A stretch of DNA of 33,608 nt, from positions 70,732,470 to 70,766,077 of the forward strand of contig NC_068981.1 in the NCBI RefSeq assembly GCF_001194135.2, given 5' to 3'. The position numbers and the translations under genes are program-made. This DNA comes from Octopus bimaculoides (Eukaryota). The notes under the pieces were generated by a model. The model worked only from the letters and a program-made list of their open reading frames with translations. It was not told the origin of the DNA and ran no database searches. Positions 1 through 10,722 of the stretch are shown here, piece after piece (the stretch's first letter is position 1; every line of letters starts with the position of its first letter).

Positions 1-111
1 TTTCCCTGATGGTCCTCTGTCCGTCAGGTTCGTTTGGTATTGTTTTGATCTGGAATTTGCGTGGGAGAATAATTGGTGTTGAGTTCATCCATCCCTCGTA
101 AATATCTGCTA

Positions 112-114
112 TAC

Positions 115-149
<35 letters not shown>

Positions 150-308
150 TATATATATACACACACATATATATATACATATGCGACTCTCCACTTCCCA
201 CACTCACTTTCTGCACCTTTATATGTGTGTGTATGTTGTGTATATGCATGCATACACATACATACATACATACATACATACATACATACATACATACATG
301 CATACATA
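112..308. repeat. Compound microsatellite (TA)n/(CA)n/(TACA)n
   Basis: Simple repeats read directly; they generate the spurious YI/HT-rich ORFs at 73-528. Confidence 0.95.
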
Positions 309-655
309 CAAAGAGAGCTTGTACAGAGGGATACATGTGAATGTAGAAAGCCTTAACAATATGAAAGAAGTCTTTAATATATAAAATTTTCAACTTTTTG
401 ATAGAACGCATTCTAAACATCTGCTTGTGTTTGACCCCGAAAGGCACACGATGTTTTTTTTTTTTTTTTTTNNNNNNNNNNTTTTTTTTCCTTTCGGAGA
501 CATATACGCGAACAGCTGTTTCATACAATGCTATTTTGAAAAGGATTGTTCGTGAAAAATGTAAGATATAAAAATGTTCATTTCTTCACATATTTACAGT
601 TCTACTACATCTAAATTTCTATCTAGAAATATTGATTATGAAACATCTATTCTTC

Positions 656-656
<1 letters not shown>

Positions 657-703
<47 letters not shown>
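657..703. repeat. (CA)n microsatellite
   Basis: Uninterrupted AC run. Confidence 0.97.
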
Positions 704-705
<2 letters not shown>

Positions 706-814
706 TACCGACTCACCACATATATATTATATTATATATTATGAATTTTCTTCAGTTTCCATTGTATTCAGTAATTCTATCAATTGAAATTACCTGCTCA
801 TTTAACTAGCGTGT

Positions 815-945
815 AGTGGAAGAGCATGACTAAGCGGTAATGGTGTGGGATCATGATCGCAACATTGTGGTTTCAAATCTCAGAGCGGGTGATGCACTGT
901 GTTCTTCAGCAAAACACTTCATTTCACGTTGCTTCAATTCGCTAC
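815..945 (+). mobile_element. Diverged tRNA-derived SINE, 5' fragment (same type as the host SINE at 11935-12600)
   Basis: A-box-like TGACTAAGCGG (827-837) and B-box-like GGTTTCAAATC (~869-879). The following GTGTTCTTCAGCAAAACACTTCATTTCAC aligns with GTGATTCTGAATAAAACGCTTCATTTCAA at ~11996-12024. Confidence 0.7.
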
Positions 946-1207
946 AGACTGACTGGGTCCTGTTCAGGTAGGGTATATATATTTACATATATATATACAT
1001 ATATANNNNNNNNNNNNNNNNNNNNNNNNNNNNNNNNNNNNNNNNNNNNNNNNNNNNNNNNNNNNNNNNNNNNNNNNNNNNNNNNNNNNNNNNNNNNNNN
1101 ATATATATATATATATACCATGGAAACCGAAAAACCGACCCTATGCGTCTACATGACTCGGGAAGGAAATTTACATAATTAGCATGTAAATGTCTGTACA
1201 TTTTGGA

Positions 1208-1290
1208 CGCGTGCCCTTGACGTAGTTCCCTGATAAAATCATTATGGTACAGTGGGAGAAGGTTGGACTTTTAAATTCCAGGTACAATGC
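1208..1290 (-). mobile_element. Old internal fragment of the ~380-bp SINE family seen at 12056 and 30651
   Basis: GTGCCCTTGACGTAGTTCCC...AAGGTTGGACTTTTAAATTCCAGGTACAA aligns by eye with GTACCCTTAACGTAGTTCTC...AAGGCTGACCCTTTGAATTACAGGACAAA (~12171-12247). Confidence 0.6.
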
Positions 1291-1502
1291 ATTAAAACTG
1301 CTTCGACACTGTTTACCTCCTCTTTCTAATTTTATTCAACAAGATTGGAGAGACATGGGTTTATAGCTAAAGTCACTTGTCCAAGATACTACTTAATGAT
1401 CCTATGATCACTTGTCTTTGTCATATAGCCGAGCGGTTGTAATCCAAGCAGTGTTGTCGCAAAACACACCTGCGCCTTGCGGTAACCAAATGTATGTATG
1501 TA

Positions 1503-2757
1503 TCAGGTCATCCCATAAGTTCTGCCTGATTTCCTTTTTTAAAAAAATGAATGAAATTTAATAGTATTTTAGAATGTCTAATGGAATTAAAAATTAACTT
1601 TATGCATTTGTGTACATTTAAACTAATTACCTATTATTTTACAGAATAATATAATTAAACTTTCTTTGATTAAAACCCTTTCTAATATGGAAGTATCCAA
1701 AGAGAATTTGAGGCACATAATGCTATATGAGTACAGCTGAAGCGACTAGAAACATACGCTCAGTTTATGGGAATGAATGCTTGAATGAAAAAACAACTTA
1801 CAGAAGATGGTTTGCAAAATTCAGAAATGGAGATTTCAGCCTTGAAGATTAAGATCGAACAGGACGTCAAGTTGAGTTTGATGATAAGTTCCTTGAAGTA
1901 TTACTGGGAGAAAATCTTGCATTATCAGTTCAAGAATTGGCAATAAGCCTTAGTTCAAACCATACAACTGTTCATCGTCATCTTCAACAACTTGGAAAGG
2001 TTCCTAAACATCAATTGTCCGAAAACAACTGCAAATCCCGAGTTGACATCTGCTCTTCTCTCCACTCTCCCGAACTTATTTCACCCTTTCTGGATAGACT
2101 TGTGGCTAGTGACGAAAAATGGATCCTCTATCGAAATGTTCAACTTCGTAAACAGTGGCTTGGTAAACGGGAAAAAGCTCAGCCACAACCGAGAAGGGAA
2201 CTTCATGGAAAAAAGGTTCTTCTCTCTATCTGGTGGGATTGCAAAGGAGTAATTCACTTTGAATTGTTACCACCTAATGCAACAATCAATGCGCAAGTCT
2301 ACTGTCAGCAACTAGAGCGTTTGAACTAAGCTTTGAAGACAAAAGACCCGTTTTAGTGAATCGAAAAGGAGTGGTGTTTCATCAGGACAATACGTGACCC
2401 CACACTGCAAAGATCACATCAAAGAAGATCGAAGAGCTTGGTTGGGAAAAAATTCCCCATCCAACTTAATCTTCCGACCTTGCTCCTTCAGACTACCATT
2501 TGTTTCGTAGTTTACAGAATCATTTGGGGGACATAACTTTCGCAAGTCAGGAGGAGGTCGAAACTGACATTTCAGAGTTCTTCGCTTTGAAACCAAAAGA
2601 GTTTTACATTGATGGGATTAAAAAGCTTGTAAATAGATGGAAGGAAGTCATAGATAATCAAGGAATGTACATTGATGATTAAATCTCAACTAAATATAAA
2701 ATTTGATCAGTTGTTTTCTTTATTCAAAATTCGGACAGAACTTATGGGATGACCTGA
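1503..2757 (+). mobile_element. Full-length mariner (Tc1/mariner, D,D34D) DNA transposon, inactive
   Basis: Perfect 22-bp TIRs TCAGGTCATCCCATAAGTTCTG (1503-1524) and its reverse complement (2736-2757). TA duplication at 1501-1502 and 2758-2759. Length 1255 bp, typical of mariner. Confidence 0.97.
1687..2682 (+). pseudogene. Mariner transposase pseudogene (SETMAR/Mos1-like fold)
   Basis: ATG 1687 MEVSKENLRHIMLYEY; HTH RRWFAKFRNGDFSLED; catalytic D in ASDEKW (2111), D in HQDN (2386) and D in APSDYHLF (2491), with 34 residues between the last two. Disrupted by stops (2327, 2395, 2467 and one near 1849), frameshifts and small deletions. Confidence 0.95.
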
Positions 2758-2996
2758 TAGATGTTTATTTTTAATGTAGCAGTTGTTTTTGTTTAAATAA
2801 GTCACACATACTGGGTGAAAGTCATAGTATTATTTTTTTACCTTTATCTGAGACGTCACGATTTGGGGTCTTTGCAAATATATAATTATTATGAATTTCG
2901 CGATTATATGGAAAATTGTATGATAAAATTGTATATTTTCAGAAACATTTCATTCTTAAGATATAAATCTCCACATAGGCAATATTCTTTTCTAAT

Positions 2997-3352
2997 CTAG
3001 GCACAAGGCCCGAAATTTTGGGGGAGGGGGCCAGTCGATTAGATCGACCCCAGTACGCAACTGTTAATTTATTGAACCCGAAAGGATGAAAGGCAAACTC
3101 ACCTCGGTGGAATTCGGGATCTTTACCTTTTGGCCGGCACATAGAAAAAATAATGTTTTGTAACTAAGCACTTTCAAATTTCGTATACTGGTAGAATGTG
3201 TCATTTAAAATGCCAAGAGTAAATGACGTTTTAAATGACACATTCTACTAGTATACGAAATTTGAAAATGTTTAGTTACAAAAAATTATTTTTTCTATGT
3301 GCCGGCCAAAAGGAAAAGATCATGAAATTGAACTCAGAATGTACAGACAGAC
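2997..3352 (-). mobile_element. tRNA-derived SINE (CTTTCATCCTTTCGGG core type), split by a MITE at 3115-3324
   Basis: Minus strand reads TCTGAGTTCAATTT (B box) | insertion | CCACCGAGGTGAGTTTGCCTTTCATCCTTTCGGGTTCAATAAA...GGGGTCGATCTAATCGACTGGCCCCC...GGGCCTTGTGCCTAG. Homologous to the copies at 7165, 8552, 14574 and 27570. Confidence 0.9.
3115..3324. mobile_element. Foldback MITE, 210 bp, almost entirely palindromic
   Basis: 101-bp arms (3115-3215, 3224-3324) with 9 mismatches counted by eye and an 8-nt spacer AGAGTAAA. Flanked by AATT (3111-3114) and AAAT (3325-3328); SINE sequence resumes on both sides. Confidence 0.9.
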
Positions 3353-3996
3353 CACATGGGCAATATTGACGGAGCAGTCAGTCAATCAATCTATCTATCT
3401 ATCTACCTATCTGTCCGGCTACCTCTGTACCTACTTATATATTTATCGTATTCTACTTACATTTCTGTCGATGTATGTATCTGTCTATTTCGATAATACG
3501 AATAAGCATTTAAACACCTATAACTCAAAAACAAAACAAGAACTTAATAGCTGCTGTTCACCATTTTGGCCTTAGCCTTTGGGTTGCTATACATTAAAAA
3601 GTGAAAGCAGCATCCACAGCTATTTGCTAAGGTTGTTTCACTTTCATTTAACTATATGTCGATATATCTAGTCATCCGTCTTTCTATATTCTCTCCGTCA
3701 ATGAATCTATCTATCCACATAAATACATCCATGGACTGAAGATATACAAAACGGTTGAACATTAAAATCTGTAACAATAACTAAACTTTCTTATTGTTTG
3801 TTACAATATTCTTAGATTCATGCAACTGCTTTCCCCTCCCGCATTTCTTTCAGTCAAAACTGACTTACTTCCTTCCTCTCACTTTGTTTTTGCCACCTCC
3901 ATCTACATGGCTAATTTGCTCGCTCTTTCTGCCGCTTCGTTCTACTAACTACACCACGCGACAGCAATATCTTTCCATTCCCTCTCAACGCTAACA

Positions 3997-4001
<5 letters not shown>

Positions 4002-4088
<87 letters not shown>
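4002..4088. repeat. (CT)n microsatellite
   Basis: Pure CT run; source of the RERE ORF. Confidence 0.97.
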
Positions 4089-4091
<3 letters not shown>

Positions 4092-4365
4092 TTCTCTAAC
4101 TTTCATTTCCTCTATCTCTCTCTCTACCTTTCGCTCTGCCTCTATTATTCCCGCTCTCTCTTTTCGCCTCTCCCTTGAATTAATCACATGACGGCGTCAC
4201 ACATTCTGCCCAATAACTATTACTTCCTCATACTTCACGCCGTTAATACACCTCCCCTTGCAACTAGCCACGTAACAGAGTATTCATAGTAAGGTAACAC
4301 ATATACATACACACACATACACGCACGCACACGCACACACACACGTATATATAAATATATACATA

Positions 4366-5725
4366 TACTACCGTCCGATTTCACTCACTTCTCATATCAT
4401 TAAAGTATTTGAGAGGGTGGTGAGATCGCGAAGAACTCACTTCCACGAAGACAACAATCTGCTGAACCCCAACCGGCATGGTTTCCGTGATGGCAGAGAC
4501 TTCCTGTCGCAGGTTCAGCACCATTTTGATGATATCTTAAAAGCGTTGGGCGAGAGCTCCAATGCTGACATCATATACCTTGATTTTCAGCAAGGCATTT
4601 GACAGAGTGGACCACAAAATCTTGCTGAAAATACTATCCAACATTGGAATCCATGGAAAGCTGCTGTAGTGGATAAAGTGTTTCTTGACGAACAGAACCC
4701 AACATATTGTGTTTGAGGGAATACGATCCAGCTTAGCCAACGTCAGTAGTGGTGTCCCACAAGGTACTCTGTTGGGCCCACTCCTCTTCATTATTTACAT
4801 CAACGACATAGTAGAAGTCATCAAATATTCTACATTGAAAATCTTTGCAGACGATTCCAAATTCCAGAAAGCCATAAACAGCATGGGAGACCGGACATGC
4901 CTTCAGTAAGATCTGTTTGCTATTTTCCAATGGGCTGAGAAAAACAATATGCTTTTAAATGAAGATAAGTTTGATTTGATCCACTTTGGAAAAGAGAAAA
5001 CTCTGAAATTACCATATGCTTTTCCCATGGGCGACACCCTAGTGTCATCCAGCAATACCAGAGACTTTGGAGTAATTGTTGATAACAATCTAAGCCGGAG
5101 TTCCCACGTAAACAGCAAGGTTGAGTTGGCCTGCAAGATGTACTCTTGGATTTTGAGAACTTTCCGGTCTAGAGATACCTATACCATCATCCTTCTCTAC
5201 TCTACTTTTATCCGACCCTACCTCGAATACTGTTACCCACTGTGGTCCCCCCCCCCCATACGAAGCAACTCAGTATGAAAGTAGAAGCACTCCAGAGATC
5301 AATAACAAAAAAAATAGACGGCATGAAAGGCATTGATTATTGGGGTCAACTAAAAACCTCAATCTCTACTCTCTCCAACTCCACCGGGAGAGTTACATCA
5401 TTTGTGTTATGTGGAAAATATTCTATCAATATTTGCTCAAATGATGTTGGAATCAATTTTAAAAAGCATCCATGACTTGGTCCCTGTGCTAAAAAAATCG
5501 AACTCGGCAGACATAGCAACATTACGTCACCTCAACCAGTCTAGCTTTCTTTAATACCATACAAAAATACGTCAAAACGGAAATAGATACCCTAAAATTC
5601 AAAATATCCCGGACCAATCTCCTACACCCGGATGTGTCTCCAACCCAAAAAAAATCTTTGCTGGAGTGGGCCATGGTCCCCCATATGTGACTAAAAGACA
5701 TCACCAGGTAGTGCTATTAAGTTAG
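4366..5725 (+). mobile_element. 5'-truncated CR1-group (CR1/L2/Jockey-like) LINE, RT and C-terminal region, decayed
   Basis: YRPISLTSHIIKVFERVVR (from 4369), IYLDF/SKAFDRVDH, SGVPQGTLLGPLLFIIYINDI, FADDSK, RPYLEYCYPLWSP. Multiple stops and frameshifts. The 3' end is approximate and runs into a (TA)/(TACA) array. Confidence 0.9.
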
Positions 5726-5981
5726 ACATACATATATATATATATGAATATATATATATGTATGTATTTATGTACGTATGTATACAAACTTGGACAGAGT
5801 AACAGTCATGTATACAACTTGAACATTGAACAGACACACATATCAGAACATAAACATACGTTTGCATGTACATACACATATATACACAAGTACATACATA
5901 CATACATACATGCACATATACGTACATGCATATATGTATACATACCTACGTACGTATGTACGTACGTACGTACATATATAT
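5726..5981. repeat. Compound (TA)n/(TACA)n/(TACG)n microsatellite
   Basis: Simple repeats read directly. Confidence 0.9.
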
Positions 5982-6199
5982 CATGAACTAACTGTTACTT
6001 TCTCAGATGCAGCACAGAATTTTGTCAGTGAACAGGTCTTGGTCTCAAATATTTTGACAAATCAAATTTAAATGTCGAAGTGAATATAACGGTTTTTGTG
6101 TTGTTTAAATCGCTTATAAACACCTTACACGCTGCAGTTGTTTTTGTTTCAGCACAAGATCGCAGGCCAGCTCACTTGCTATGCAAGTACATCTCCATA

Positions 6200-6238
<39 letters not shown>

Positions 6239-7164
6239 NNNNNNNNNNNNNNNNNNNNNNNNNNNNNNNNNNNNNNNNNNNNNNNNNNNNNNNNNNNNNN
6301 NNNNNNNNNNNNNNNNNNNNNNNNNNNNNNNNNNNNNNNNNNNNNNNNNNNNNNNNNNNNNNNNNNNNNNNNNNNNNNNNNNNNNNNNNNNNNNNNNNNN
6401 NNNNNNNNNNNNNNNNNNNNNNNNNNNNNNNNNNNNNNNNNNNNNNNNNNNNNNNNNNNNNNNNNNNNNNNNNNNNNNNNNNNNNNNNNNNNNNNNNNNN
6501 NNNNNNNNNNNNNNNNNNNNNNNNNNNNNNNNNNNNNNNNNNNNNNNNNNNNNNNNNNNNNNNNNNNNNNNNNNNNNNNNNNNNNNNNNNNNNNNNNNNN
6601 NNNNNNNNNNNNNNNNNNNNNNNNNNNNNNNNNNNNNNNNNNNNNNNNNNNNNNNNNNNNNNNNNNNNNNNNNNNNNNNNNNNNNNNNNNNNNNNNNNNN
6701 NNNNNNNNNNNNNNNNNNNNNNNNNNNNNNNNNNNNNNNNNNNNNNNNNNNNNNNNNNNNNNNNNNNNNNNNNNNNNNNNNNNNNNNNNNNNNNNNNNNN
6801 NNNNNNNNNNNNNNNNNNNNNNNNNNNNNNNNNNNNNNNNNNNNNNNNNNNNNNNNNNNNNNNNNNNNNNNNNNNNNNNNNNNNNNNNNNNNNNNNNNNN
6901 NNNNNNNNNNNNNNNNNNNNNNNNNNNNNNNNNNNNNNNNNNNNNATATATATATATATATATATATACACACATGCATACACACATACATATGTATGTA
7001 TATATCTTTTTATACTACTTTCTCTCTTCTTTCTTCCCAGCATCATTCTCTCACTCCTCCTCTTCCCTCTCTCTCTCTCTCACTCCGCCTCCCACTCCTA
7101 CTGCCTTTCGCTCTAATTAACTAAGGCGTAACGTGTGAACGAACGAACAAGCAGAATTGTAACG

Positions 7165-7375
7165 TAATTTTTAGCAGGCCGGAAAGATGCTAAGCGGCAT
7201 TTAGTCCGTTTTTATGTCATGATTTCAAGATCAGCTTGGGTCGACTTTGCTTTTCCTCAATGAGGCTCGATAAAATATGTACCAGTTGAACTTTAGGGTT
7301 GATAAAATAAGTATGGCTGAACATACTTATTTTGGGTCGATATAGGGTCGATCTAATCGCATTACCACCCCACCA
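7165..7375 (+). mobile_element. Diverged SINE (same family as 2997-3352) with internal duplication and hairpin
   Basis: TTAGCAGGCCGGAAAGATGCTAAGCGGCATTT...GGGTCGACTTTGCTTTTCCTC...TCGATAAAATATGTACCAGTTG...GGGTCGATCTAATCG. Confidence 0.75.
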
Positions 7376-7570
7376 CCACCATCTAGAATTACAGGCTTTT
7401 TACCAACATTTGTAAATAATGTTTTATGATTAATTAATTATAATGTTTATAGTCGTTATTCATTTCTTATACCGTAAAAGAAAACGTGTAATATGTAGTT
7501 AAAGATATAACGAAATTTTTAGTCTTCGTTTTAATATGTGTATGTATGTATATGTGTGAACATGTGTCCT

Positions 7571-7711
7571 AGACGTGGCTGTATGGTAAGAAGCTTGCAT
7601 CCTAATCACATGGTTCCGGGTTCAGTTCTACTGCGTGGCACCTTGGGCAAGTGTCTTCTATTATAGCCTTGTGAGTTGATTTGCTGGTAGACGGAAACTG
7701 GAAGAAGCCTG
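7571..7711 (+). mobile_element. CORE-type tRNA SINE (octopus OR2-like) with (TA)/(CA) tail
   Basis: A box TGGCTGTATGG, B-box-like GGTTCAGTTC, and CORE-like GCACCTTGGGCAAGTGTCTTCTA (compare MIR core ACCTTGGGCAAGTCACTT). Followed by a (TA)n(CA)n tail to ~7745. The family name is from recall. Confidence 0.75.
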
Positions 7712-7712
7712 A

Positions 7713-7748
<36 letters not shown>

Positions 7749-7789
7749 AAAATTAGATATATAGACAAACAAATTCATGTCTATATCAT

Positions 7790-7862
7790 GTATGTATGTA
7801 TGTATGTATGTATGTGTGTATGTATGTATGTATGTATGTATGTGTGTATGTATGTATGTATG
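7790..7862. repeat. (TATG)n microsatellite
   Basis: Read directly. Confidence 0.95.
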
Positions 7863-8551
7863 TCTCATTGAAAGGCAAATGAATAAAAAAATTGATATAT
7901 CGAAACTACTTTGTATTAATTTCTTCTGTCCTGGCACAGGGCATTAAGGCCTTCTCGTCCCTTGCAAGTAGAATAAATTGTGTACTAATAAAAAATACTG
8001 TGCCAAATAATCCATTAAATTCTTAATATATAATTTCCCCTTGCTTTGAAAATAATGCAGTATGGTGATTTACCATACTGTGAGATGTCATATGCATAAC
8101 CTTAAACGATACATTCTTTGGGCCACAAATACTAAGTCGAAGATAAAAATGGAATTATCATGCGCGCTTTATAGACATTGCTTTATGTCATCATATAGAA
8201 AGGCATTTTATACTATTAAAAGCTGTTGCATATTATCACTGAGAGACGCCAAGTCATAAATGAAAATAGTTTTGCAGTTTAGTCACATTTAAGCATTCTA
8301 TAGAGGTGTCAGTTATGTTTAGAATTATAAAATCAAAGGTGAAATATCTTCAGGAATTCTGCACATAGATCTAGTGTTGGGGAATGATTTATTCATGAAT
8401 AAATTTGAAATTGTTGAAGCGTCTTCTAAACATTAAAAGAAACAGGTTAGTGTTAAACAACATGACGACAGTTTGCTAAGAATAAAATATATGCATCAAA
8501 GTTTGCTCAACAACAATCTATAAAATAATAATTTATATTATCATTATTCAA

Positions 8552-8658
8552 CTAGAATTGTTAGAACCTCCGGACAAAAATATTTTGCGGCATTTCTTCC
8601 GGCTTTACATTTTGAAACCATATTCTGCCGAAGTCGATTTTGACTTTCATCTTTTTGT
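8552..8658 (+). mobile_element. SINE 5' half (family of 2997/14574), 3'-truncated
   Basis: AGAATTGTTAGAACCTCCGGAC...GCGGCATTTCTTCCGGCTTTAC...CTGCCGAAGTCGATTTTGACTTTCATCTTT matches the reverse complement of 14650-14785. Confidence 0.7.
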
Positions 8659-9003
8659 GACCGATCTCGCTCAAAAGGTCCCTGAATAAGGGTTATTTAA
8701 GGATGTTGAACGACACACCCATGTTTTCATAGGTGAATTATTCAAACCCCAAAGAATTCCCTTCAACACATGGCTATGATGCTCCCCCAATACTTCTGCT
8801 CGTGATCAGAGATGCGTATATCGTCAGTTACTAAGGGACCTACTGAACAGGTTAAAGTCAAACAAATGACTAGCAAATCTGTGGTATTGAGCAGAATATT
8901 TGCTGTAGCCCATCTTTTATAGTAAGTCAAAGCAATGTACACGATAAAACTTCCAATCACTTAAGGTCAGAAAACATGAGAGCCACTGCCTGGTACTGCA
9001 TCA
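8659..9003. mobile_element. Unclassified interspersed repeat (probable retroelement terminus)
   Basis: Compositionally distinct, non-coding block that abruptly truncates the preceding SINE. It resembles a repeat I recall as abundant in octopus DNA; unverified. Confidence 0.4.
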
Positions 9004-9015
9004 AGTCATATGGAG

Positions 9016-9049
9016 ATCATCATCATCATCATCATCATCATCATTATCA

Positions 9050-9090
<41 letters not shown>
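9016..9090. repeat. (ATC)n(ATT)n microsatellite
   Basis: Read directly. Confidence 0.97.
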
Positions 9091-9095
<5 letters not shown>

Positions 9096-9923
9096 TTTAT
9101 CAAAGATTTTCTTACTTTCGACTAGGTATCTCATTAAGGTCTCGTGTTCGACACGCCCGTACTTTTCCATACTTATCAGTCCCCTCCTTCCATTTGCTCT
9201 CTTCTGTATAGGCGACCTGTGTCCGCACGTGGATAATGGGCACTATGCACCGTTAGAAGCTTTCTTGACCTCTTGTCCATCTCTTTTAATTCCTCCTCTG
9301 TCCAGTTTAGGATTCCAGCACCATAACGAACTACTGCGACTGTGCGCGAGTTTACTGCCAAAATGATGCTTCTAGCATCTAGCGTTGAAGCTCTTTTTCT
9401 CACTCGCTGTAAGTACTCTCTTTTTGTCTTTTCCTTCATGTCATTGTGTTTGGTTCTATCTGCCTCAAGTATTCCCAGGTATTCCTAGCTAGACTTGGCA
9501 ACCATAAGACTTCTGTTTTGAAAAGCTTTCCTAATCTCATCACCATTGTAGCACATTTTGAGAGTCCAAACACCATCTTAACATCCCTAGCGAAAATCCG
9601 CACAGATTGGACTTGACTGTCCAGTTCTACCTCAGATTTTGTGAATAGCTTCAGATCGTCCATTCATACCAAGTGGTTCAGTTTTCCATTACCTCTTCCC
9701 AGAACATACTACATCTTTGTTTTCACTGAAGGGGATCGTTTCCAGCACGAAGTGGGGACACACCTCCCCCCTGGAAGATACCTCCTTTGATTTTCCCTTC
9801 TGCTAATGCCTGATTTCCTGTTGTCAATTCTGTCCTCCAGCTTATCATGTTATTCCATATAAGGCTTCTTATACGTTCTGCTACTCCATACATTTCCATT
9901 GTTTTTATTATCCAGGAGTGCGG
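9091..9923 (-). mobile_element. R4/Dong-like RLE non-LTR retrotransposon, internal RT fragment
   Basis: PHSWIIKTMEMYG, GIFQGGGVSPL (GIFQGDSLSP), MDDLKLF, MVFGLSKCA, VRYGAGILNWTEEELKEMDKRSRKLLT, HYPRAD..RLY. Frameshifted. Confidence 0.88.
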
Positions 9924-9940
9924 CGGCGGCGTCATCGTCG

Positions 9941-9999
<59 letters not shown>

Positions 10000-10015
10000 G
10001 TCGTCGTCGTCGTCA

Positions 10016-10050
<35 letters not shown>

Positions 10051-10098
10051 ATCATCATCATCATCACCACCACCACCACCACCACCACCACCACCACC
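9921..10098. repeat. Graded trinucleotide array (GGC)>(GTC/ATC)>(ACC)
   Basis: Read directly; ends at an assembly gap. Confidence 0.95.
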
Positions 10099-10247
10099 NN
10101 NNNNNNNNNNNNNNNNNNNNNNNNNNNNNNNNNNNNNNNNNNNNNNNNNNNNNNNNNNNNNNNNNNNNNNNNNNNNNNNNNNNNNNNNNNNNNNNNNNNN
10201 NNNNNNNNNNNNNNNNNNNNNNNNNNNNNNNNNNNNNNNNNNNNNNN

Positions 10248-10528
10248 GGTGCTCTTATGGTTACTGTATTGAAAGTGTTTTGCGTACGATGTGTGCAGTG
10301 CCCAGTAGTGCAATTTTCTGTATGTTATATATATTTGTAAGTCCTGGTGTTTTTGTTATGTATTTGTCTGAATATTTTTTTATTATACCTAAGGCACCTA
10401 CTATGATAAGAATTGTTTCTGTTTTTAGATTCAACATTCGAGTTACCTCTATTTCCAGGTCTTTGTATTTTGAAAGTTTTTCCATTTCTTTTAGGGAAAC
10501 GTTGTCATCTGCTGGTATTGATACGTCA

Positions 10529-10530
<2 letters not shown>
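10248..10530 (-). mobile_element. R4/Dong-like element 3' end (RLE endonuclease C-terminus)
   Basis: IDVSIPADDNVSLKEMEKLSKYKDLEIEVTRM...IVGALG...IQKIALLGTAHIVRKTL*. This is the D..(E)xK half of the PD-(D/E)xK domain and the typical terminal helix. Confidence 0.9.

Positions 10531-10588
<58 letters not shown>
10528..10588. repeat. (ATT)n microsatellite
   Basis: Read directly. Confidence 0.97.
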
Positions 10589-10634
10589 TTCAAATACCTC
10601 CGACTTCTACTAAGCGTTTCATCATTTTGGGGTT

Positions 10635-10722
10635 TATAAAATAAATACTAGTTGAATACTAAGGTCGATGTAATCGATTTCATCCCTTCCTCGAAACTGC
10701 TGGTCTTCTACCAAACTTTGAA
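10635..10722 (+). mobile_element. SINE 3' tail fragment
   Basis: ATAAAATAAATACTAGTTGAATACTAAGGTCGATGTAATCGATTT...GAAACTGCTGGTCTT...CCAAACTTTGAA matches the tail of the 14574 family. Confidence 0.65.

Noticed and set aside
1360-1500. Short pieces resembling SINE cores (AAGTCACTTGTCCAAG) next to the mariner
   Set aside because: Too short and diverged to delimit or assign.
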